Source: Verrucomicrobiota bacterium | GTDB lineage: Bacteria > Verrucomicrobiota > Verrucomicrobiia > Verrucomicrobiales > JBCCJK01 | DNA: 64,000 nt | NCBI GenBank assembly: GCA_039027815.1 | Contig: JBCCJK010000009.1 | Span: 9,724-73,723 of the forward strand | Direction: 5' to 3' | In this document: in pieces, positions 58,488 through 64,000 of the stretch | Layout: each line of letters starts with the position of its first letter | How positions within the stretch are numbered: the first letter of the stretch is position 1 | Made by a program: the position numbers and the translations under genes | The notes under the pieces: generated by a model | Databases searched by the model: none | The model's input: the letters and a program-made list of their open reading frames with translations, nothing else | What the model was told of the DNA's origin: nothing

Positions 58488-59717
58488 TCAGGCGGCGTCC
58501 GCCATTTGCGGGCCTTCCTTGGGGCCCAGGACATTTCCTTCGAGGTCCACTTCTTCCGCCACATTCACCTCCATGCCTTCGATCGGGGCCTGCAAGCGAC
58601 TCAAAATAATCCGCTCCCCCGCCTTCAGCCCACCCGAGACATAGACCGTCTCCCGCTGCGAACGCAGGATTTCCACATCGCGAAAGCGCAGGCGATTCTC
58701 CGCATCCACCACCATGACTTGGTCCTCTTGATTGAGCGCCACGCGCGGGACCACACTCACCCCCTGCAAGGCCTGCCCTTCCACCACCGCCCGCAGAAAG
58801 AACCCCACCGCCGGCCATTCCAGCCCGAAGGGCGCTTCCTGATTTGGCTGCACCTTTGCCACCAGATACTTGGAAAGCGTCTCCCGCTCCAGGGCCCCCT
58901 CTTCCCGCAGCACCCGGCCCTCCCAGCGAACCACTTGGCCTCCCACTTCGCCCTCGAAGTGGACAGACGCTTCCAGCTTGCCCTCCTCGTCCCGGGCCAG
59001 GAACCCATAATCTTCCAGAGAGACCGGCAGGCGAATCTCAAAGTCAGCCACCGAGTAGACCGTGCCGACCATCATGCCGGGGGAAAGGAAGGCCCCCACA
59101 TCGGCGTCTTGGGCCAGCACCCGGCAATCATAAGGCGCGCGGATCTCAGTCCGCTCCAGATTGCGGGCCGCCGAGGCCACATTGGCCTCCGCCGCCTTGA
59201 CCCGGGCCACCGCGCTCCGGAGCTGAGGCTCGCGTAAAGTCAAAGAAGAGGCCTCTCCTTGGCCGAGCCGCTTCCAATCCCGAGCCGCCTGCTCGGCCCG
59301 CGCTCGCTCCAACTCCAAAGTGAGCTTGGCCTCCGCCAAGTCCGAGCGGGCCTGCTCCCATTGGGCTTGGTAGTCTTCTTTTTCCAAACTCACCAGCACC
59401 TCACCCTGCCGAAAGACCCCCCCCGCCTCAAAGTTCGGGTGGACCCTTTCGACCCGACCACTGACTTGCACCGCCAGGGCGGTCTGCTGCCGAGGTTCTA
59501 CGAACCCCTGGGTCGAAATCTGGGGCTTCTCCTCACCTGCTTGGAGCGTCAAGATCCGGACAGCCGGAGGGACCACCACTCGCTCCTTCTTCTCGGCCTT
59601 GGGTCCTGCCTGGAAGAGTCCGCCCACGATGAGAAAGGCGATGGCGCTTACCCAGACGAGCACTCCGGTTCCGAGAAGCCCCCACTTGAGGGCCAATTTT
59701 GGTCGTGACGTTGCCAT
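58488..59717 (-). CDS. RND efflux periplasmic adaptor (membrane fusion protein)
   Basis: 409 aa with an N-terminal anchor, an alpha-hairpin (AEAKLTLELERARAEQAARD...AAEANVASAARNLERTEIRAPYD) and a beta-barrel. Confidence 0.9.
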   Translation of the reverse strand: MATSRPKLALKWGLLGTGVLVWVSAIAFLIVGGLFQAGPKAEKKERVVVPPAVRILTLQAGEEKPQISTQGFVEPRQQTALAVQVSGRVERVHPNFEAGGVFRQGEVLVSLEKEDYQAQWEQARSDLAEAKLTLELERARAEQAARDWKRLGQGEASSLTLREPQLRSAVARVKAAEANVASAARNLERTEIRAPYDCRVLAQDADVGAFLSPGMMVGTVYSVADFEIRLPVSLEDYGFLARDEEGKLEASVHFEGEVGGQVVRWEGRVLREEGALERETLSKYLVAKVQPNQEAPFGLEWPAVGFFLRAVVEGQALQGVSVVPRVALNQEDQVMVVDAENRLRFRDVEILRSQRETVYVSGGLKAGERIILSRLQAPIEGMEVNVAEEVDLEGNVLGPKEGPQMADAA

Positions 59718-59735
59718 GATCTTTCTGTTACCGAA

Positions 59736-61178
59736 TTACAATTTCTTAGCCTGGTAATCGCCTCCCAGGGCCAAATGAAGGTCGATGCGATTTTCGAGGC
59801 GCTCGCGGCGCACCGTGATCCAATCGGAACTGGCCGAAAGAACGAGCCCTTGGGCGTTCAAAAGGGTGAGAATGTCTCCCACTCCCTCCACGTAGTCCCG
59901 GCGCGACTCGACCGATGCCTCCTCCGCCAGCTGGAGAGCCGAATAGAGCGCCTCCTCCTGCCGTGCCAGGAAGCGCTCCACTGCCAAGGCCGTCTCCACC
60001 TCCCGGAAAGCTTCTAAGACCGTCTGTTGCAATTCCACCGCCGCCGTCTCGTCCGCCAACTCCCGAAGACGCTTCTCCGTCGTGAGCCGTCCGCCCACAA
60101 AAAGCGGCTGCGTCAAATTGCCGGCCAAACTCCAAATCCCAAAATCGCTATTGAGGATCTCATCCAAGTCCTCCGTCGAAGTCCCGGCACTCCCGGTCAG
60201 ACTGAACTGCGGGAAAAAGGCCCGCTTGGCCTCCGTCAGGCGAAATTTGGTGCCGACGTATCGTCGCTCGGCCGCCAAAATATCCGGCCGCCGCAGGAGC
60301 AAGCCCGAAGGCAGGCCCGCCGGCGGCATGGCAGGCGCGCTCGGTAGCCGATTGCCCGCCCCGAGCGCGCCTTGGGGATAACGCCCGAGCAAGATTTCCA
60401 GTTGGCGCAGGGAGTCTTCCTTGACCCTTTGCAGTTGGTTCAGGCGAGCTCGCTGCGTTTCTGAATCGGACATGGCCAAGCGCAGCTCGGTGCCCGTTCC
60501 CTGGTCGTCCACCTGTCCCATCTCAAACCGGTCGCGAATGATTTGCTCCGTCTCCTTGGTCAGCTGCAAGCTTCTCTCCGCGTTCTCGACTTGCTGGTTG
60601 GCCTCGATCAAAGCAAACCAAGCCTTGGACACCTGCGCCACGAGAGAGCTGCGGGCCGCGCGCAATTCCTGCCCTTCGGCCTGCGCGTCCGCCGTGTCTC
60701 CCAGCGCGCCCGCCCGCACCCGCCCCCAAATATCCAGCTCCCAACTGAGATCCAGGGAAGCGCCGAAGCTATTGTTGCGATTGACCAGCACCTCGCCCGG
60801 CGCCTGCGTGCCCGCGCCCCCGAATTCTGGGAAGCCAATAAAATTCTGGCGCCGACGCGAAGAATCCAAACCCCCATTCAAAATGGGGCTGAGATCCGAC
60901 ATGGCCCGCTTGGCCGTGAATTCAGCCTGCTGCACGCGGAGGCCGGCCAGCTTGAGGTCGTAATTATTCTCCAGCGCCTCCCCAATGAGTGCTTCCAACC
61001 GCTTGTCCCCAAATCGCTCGACCCATTGGTGATCCACGCCGGCCCGCCCCTCGGTCGTGGCAAACCACCGCTCCGGAGTTAGCTCTTGCGCCTTTCCCAT
61101 GCGGATGTCTTGCAGGGATCCGACGCAAGCCGACCCCACCAGAGACACTCCTAACAAAAAGCTCTTACTTGCTTTCAT
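59736..61178 (-). CDS. Outer-membrane efflux protein (TolC/NodT family, probable lipoprotein)
   Basis: Two OEP repeats are present. The start is probably the ATG at 61178 (MKASKSFLLGVSLVGSAC, lipobox-like); the track ORF starts at 61202. Confidence 0.88.
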   Translation of the reverse strand: MKASKSFLLGVSLVGSACVGSLQDIRMGKAQELTPERWFATTEGRAGVDHQWVERFGDKRLEALIGEALENNYDLKLAGLRVQQAEFTAKRAMSDLSPILNGGLDSSRRRQNFIGFPEFGGAGTQAPGEVLVNRNNSFGASLDLSWELDIWGRVRAGALGDTADAQAEGQELRAARSSLVAQVSKAWFALIEANQQVENAERSLQLTKETEQIIRDRFEMGQVDDQGTGTELRLAMSDSETQRARLNQLQRVKEDSLRQLEILLGRYPQGALGAGNRLPSAPAMPPAGLPSGLLLRRPDILAAERRYVGTKFRLTEAKRAFFPQFSLTGSAGTSTEDLDEILNSDFGIWSLAGNLTQPLFVGGRLTTEKRLRELADETAAVELQQTVLEAFREVETALAVERFLARQEEALYSALQLAEEASVESRRDYVEGVGDILTLLNAQGLVLSASSDWITVRRERLENRIDLHLALGGDYQAKKL

Positions 61179-61824
61179 CTGTAGCGGGGGCGCGGTAGCC
61201 AAAGGCGCAAAATTGAGTCATCCGACGCATCACCGTCTCCGAATCGGGCCGGCCGGAGCGGCCTTGCGAAATCGTGGGAAGCCAGTCGGCGTGCAAAAGA
61301 GTCTGCACCATCACGCCGACCGTGAAGTGCAAGCGCCAGAGCAGCTCTTCCTCGTCCAGATGGGGAACGGCCCGCTCCAACGCCTGAGAAAAGCGACTCA
61401 CCATCCGCTGGAAAAGCTCGGCCGCCTCGCTTGGCAGCCGGTGGTTTCGCTCCGAAATGCAGCGACCCATGAACTTGTAAAAAATGGCCTCCGAACGCTC
61501 GCTTTGACTCACCACCGTTCGCAAAGGCTGGAGAAAGGCCTCCACGATCTCTGCCACCTCAGCCGGCTCCCCCCGCTCTTCCAATTTCTCCAAAAGAGCC
61601 AGCCGATCCGCATTCACCCAATTCATGTAACGAGAAGTCATCTGGTCAATCAGCTCCTCCTTGCCGCCAAAATGATAATGCACAGCCGCTAGATTCACCT
61701 CAGCCTCCTGCGTCAACTCCCGCAGAGAAACCGCCTCAAAGCCCTGCTCCGCAAAAAGGCGCTCGGCGGTCTCCATGATCCGCTGGCGGGTGCCAGCTTC
61801 GGCTTCGTTGCTCACAGTCGTCAC
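61165..61824 (-). CDS. TetR/AcrR-family transcriptional regulator
   Basis: HTH region RQRIMETAERLFAEQGFEAVSLRELTQEAEVNLAAVHYHFGGKEEL. The probable start is the GTG at 61824 or 61815; the upstream part of track ORF 61165..62058 is rejected. Confidence 0.88.
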   Translation of the reverse strand: MTTVSNEAEAGTRQRIMETAERLFAEQGFEAVSLRELTQEAEVNLAAVHYHFGGKEELIDQMTSRYMNWVNADRLALLEKLEERGEPAEVAEIVEAFLQPLRTVVSQSERSEAIFYKFMGRCISERNHRLPSEAAELFQRMVSRFSQALERAVPHLDEEELLWRLHFTVGVMVQTLLHADWLPTISQGRSGRPDSETVMRRMTQFCAFGYRAPATDESK

Positions 61825-61831
61825 AATGAAA

Positions 61832-61878
61832 TCAAACGATTGTTTGAATGATCTGGACTCCGTTAAAACAAACGTTTG
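61832..61878. promoter_or_regulatory. Two related palindromes, candidate TetR operators: TCAAACGATTGTTTGA (61832-61847) and CAAACGTTTG (61869-61878)
   Basis: Read directly from the sequence. They lie immediately upstream of the tetR start, in the divergent region facing the transglutaminase-family gene. Confidence 0.45.
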
Positions 61879-62069
61879 AACGACGCAAGCGGATTGTGGG
61901 AAAGAAATAGGCTCTTCTCCTACGATTCTTTCCTCCCTCTTAACCAATTCATTCTCAAGGGTTCCCAAACAAAGCGCCCCCTCTCCTTCGCGGTTTGCGC
62001 TTGCGAAGATTGGAAAAACAGCTATAGGCCGCGCCCCTCTCTGCACCTTCGGACCCACCGCTTTCCGCC

Positions 62070-64000
62070 ATGTCGATACGCGTCGCGATTCAGCACCGCA
62101 CGAGCTACACCTATGACCGGCTCGTTCAGCATTACCCGCACATCTTCCGCCTGCGACCTGCCCCTCACTGCCGGACCCCCATCTTCAGCTACTCGTTTCA
62201 GGTCGAGGGCGGGGAGCACTACCTGAATTGGCAGCAGGACCCTTTTGGCAATTACCAGGCCCGCCTCGTCTTTCCTGAAAAGATGCGCCGGATGGAAATC
62301 AGCGTCGAAGTCATCGCCGACATGGTGACCATCAATCCCTTCGACTTCTTCCTCGAGGAAGCGGCTGAGGAATTTCCCTTCCCCTACAGCTCGGCCCTCA
62401 AAAAAGAACTCTCCCCCTACCTCCGGCGCAACCCCCGGGTCGGGCAGCTCTTCAAGGACTTCCTCGCTCGGGTCGACCTCACACCCCGCCGGACGGTAGA
62501 CTTCCTGGTGGACGTCAATCAACTGGTCTACCAAGCCGTCGACTACGGCATCCGCATGGAACCTGGAGTGCAAACCCCGCACGAAACGCTCAAGCGCGGC
62601 CAAGGTTCCTGCCGGGACTCCGCCTGGCTCATGGTCGAACTCCTTCGCCACCTCGGGTTGGCGGCACGCTTTGTCAGCGGCTACCTCATCCAGCTCAAGC
62701 CCGACCAGGAAAGTCTCGATGGCCCCTCCGGCCCCCCGAGCGACTTCACAGACCTCCATGCCTGGGTCGAAGCCTACGTGCCCGGAGGCGGCTGGATCGG
62801 CCTCGACCCCACCTCCGGGCTCTTCGCAGGGGAGGGCCACATCCCCCTGGCGGCCGCGCCCCACTTCCGGAGCGCCGCCCCCATCGAAGGGCGCACCAGC
62901 GAATGTGAAACCACCTTCGACTTCTCAAACGAAGTCTACCGCATCCGAGAAGCCCCGCGCGTGACCCAACCCTACCAGCCCGCGCAGTGGGAAAAAATCG
63001 ACGCCCTCGGAAAGCTGGCCGACCGGCGACTTGCCGACCTCGGCGTGAAAATGACCACCGGAGGGGAGCCCACCTTCGTGGCGCTGGACCACCCGGACGA
63101 AGCCGAGTGGAACACCGCCGCCGACGGCCCCCAAAAACGCCGCCTCGCCAACGTGCTCTTGCGCAAAATGAAAGACCACTTCGGACCGGGCGGCCTCCTC
63201 CTGCACACCCAGGGAAAATGGTATCCCGGAGAGGACCTCCCCCGCTGGGCCGAGCAGTGTTACTGGCGCAAAGACGGCCAGCCGCTCTGGCATCATCCCG
63301 AACTCCTGGCCGACACCGCCATCGACTACGGACATGGCATCGAAGACGCGGAACGCTTTGCCCGACGCTTCACCGAAGTCCTCGGCGTCCAGCCCCACGT
63401 CGTCCCCGGCTACGAAGACCTCTTCTTCTATCTCTGGAAGGAAGGGACTCTCCCCTACAATACCGACCCCCATCACTGGAAGCTCGATGAAGACTTCGAG
63501 CGGGCCAACCTCGTCCGCACCCTCGACCAGGGCCTCAAAACCGCCACCGGCTACGCCATCCCCTTGCAATGGGATCACCGGGTAGACAAATGGACCAGCA
63601 GCGACTGGGTCTTCCGCCGCCCGCACATGTTCCTCATGCCCGGCTCCTCCCCTATGGGCCTGCGCCTGCCTCTTCGCTCCTTGCCCTGGATTCCTGAGGA
63701 CAAGCGTCCTCTGCCCTTTGACCGCTCACCCTTGGAAGCGCTCGAAGAACTGCAAAACCCGCTCGAAAAATTCGCCAACCGTTACCAGGAATTCCTTCCC
63801 GACGTGCAGGCTTGGATGGAATCGATCGGCATGGGCCGCAGCGGCCCTCAGCAGGCCCTCCAAAGCCTCTTCCCCACGGATGATCCCGTCCACCTCGAGG
63901 AAGGTGAGCTGCAAGCCTTCACCGCCATGACCGTCCAGCCCCGTCAGGGAAAAGTGCACCTCTTCCTCCCACCCGCCAATCACCTCGAACACTACCTCGA
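62070..64000 (+). CDS. Large transglutaminase-family protein (N-terminal domain, Cys-His-Asp core, DUF2126-like region); continues beyond the window
   Basis: Own translation from the ATG at 62070 gives MSIRVAIQHRTSYTYDRLVQHYPHIFRLRPAPHCRTPI..., then GQGSCRDSAWLMVELLRHLGLAARFVSGY, DLHAWVEAY and GLDPTSG. The frame is open to the window end, so it is not in the ORF track. Confidence 0.85.
   Translation, partial: MSIRVAIQHRTSYTYDRLVQHYPHIFRLRPAPHCRTPIFSYSFQVEGGEHYLNWQQDPFGNYQARLVFPEKMRRMEISVEVIADMVTINPFDFFLEEAAEEFPFPYSSALKKELSPYLRRNPRVGQLFKDFLARVDLTPRRTVDFLVDVNQLVYQAVDYGIRMEPGVQTPHETLKRGQGSCRDSAWLMVELLRHLGLAARFVSGYLIQLKPDQESLDGPSGPPSDFTDLHAWVEAYVPGGGWIGLDPTSGLFAGEGHIPLAAAPHFRSAAPIEGRTSECETTFDFSNEVYRIREAPRVTQPYQPAQWEKIDALGKLADRRLADLGVKMTTGGEPTFVALDHPDEAEWNTAADGPQKRRLANVLLRKMKDHFGPGGLLLHTQGKWYPGEDLPRWAEQCYWRKDGQPLWHHPELLADTAIDYGHGIEDAERFARRFTEVLGVQPHVVPGYEDLFFYLWKEGTLPYNTDPHHWKLDEDFERANLVRTLDQGLKTATGYAIPLQWDHRVDKWTSSDWVFRRPHMFLMPGSSPMGLRLPLRSLPWIPEDKRPLPFDRSPLEALEELQNPLEKFANRYQEFLPDVQAWMESIGMGRSGPQQALQSLFPTDDPVHLEEGELQAFTAMTVQPRQGKVHLFLPPANHLEHYL

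Overview
High-GC bacterial chromosomal segment made up almost entirely of housekeeping genes. The lack of Shine-Dalgarno motifs and the presence of sulfatase and DUF1080 genes suggest a Verrucomicrobiota or other PVC-like organism, but this is inference only. I found no prophage, CRISPR array, defence island or transposase.

The core is a roughly 16-kb minus-strand ribosomal super-operon: rpsL-rpsG-fusA-rpsJ-rplCDWB-rpsS-[non-ribosomal gene]-rplV-rpsC-rplP-rpmC-rpsQ-rplNX-rplE-rpsH-rplF-rplR-rpsE-rplO-secY-adk-map.

Flanking genes, in order along the window:
- murJ, sua5, aroK, queG
- a tRNA(CAT) and a tandem beta-helix glycosidase
- pyrR-pyrB-pyrC and purD
- a tamB-tamA pair, a sulfatase and uvrD
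- an alanine/glycine:cation symporter and sdhCAB
- rppH-HAD-membrane protein
- plsX-fabH, a DUF1080 gene, tatD, gltX, aroE
- btpA, deaD and an MFS transporter
- a tetR-OMF-MFP-RND efflux operon
- the start of a large transglutaminase-family gene

Two features are not explained by ordinary annotation:
1. A family of ~206-nt repeats with long imperfect terminal inverted repeats. There are three full copies and one 5' fragment, and each sits at or within 17 nt of a stop codon. The copies are otherwise near-identical but contain a 17-nt hypervariable pyrimidine tract. One copy supplies the stop codons of both queG and map.
2. A 265-aa gene for a signal-peptide plus coiled-coil protein, inserted with ~20-nt gaps between rpsS and rplV inside the S10 operon.

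Smaller oddities:
- SecY carries an extra C-terminal hydrophobic helix.
- tuf, rpsN, rpmD, infA and rpmJ are absent from the super-operon.
- PyrC has NVH in place of the HxH metal motif.
- tamB precedes tamA, the reverse of the usual order.

Many long ORFs in the track are antisense or out-of-frame shadows typical of GC-rich DNA, and I rejected them.
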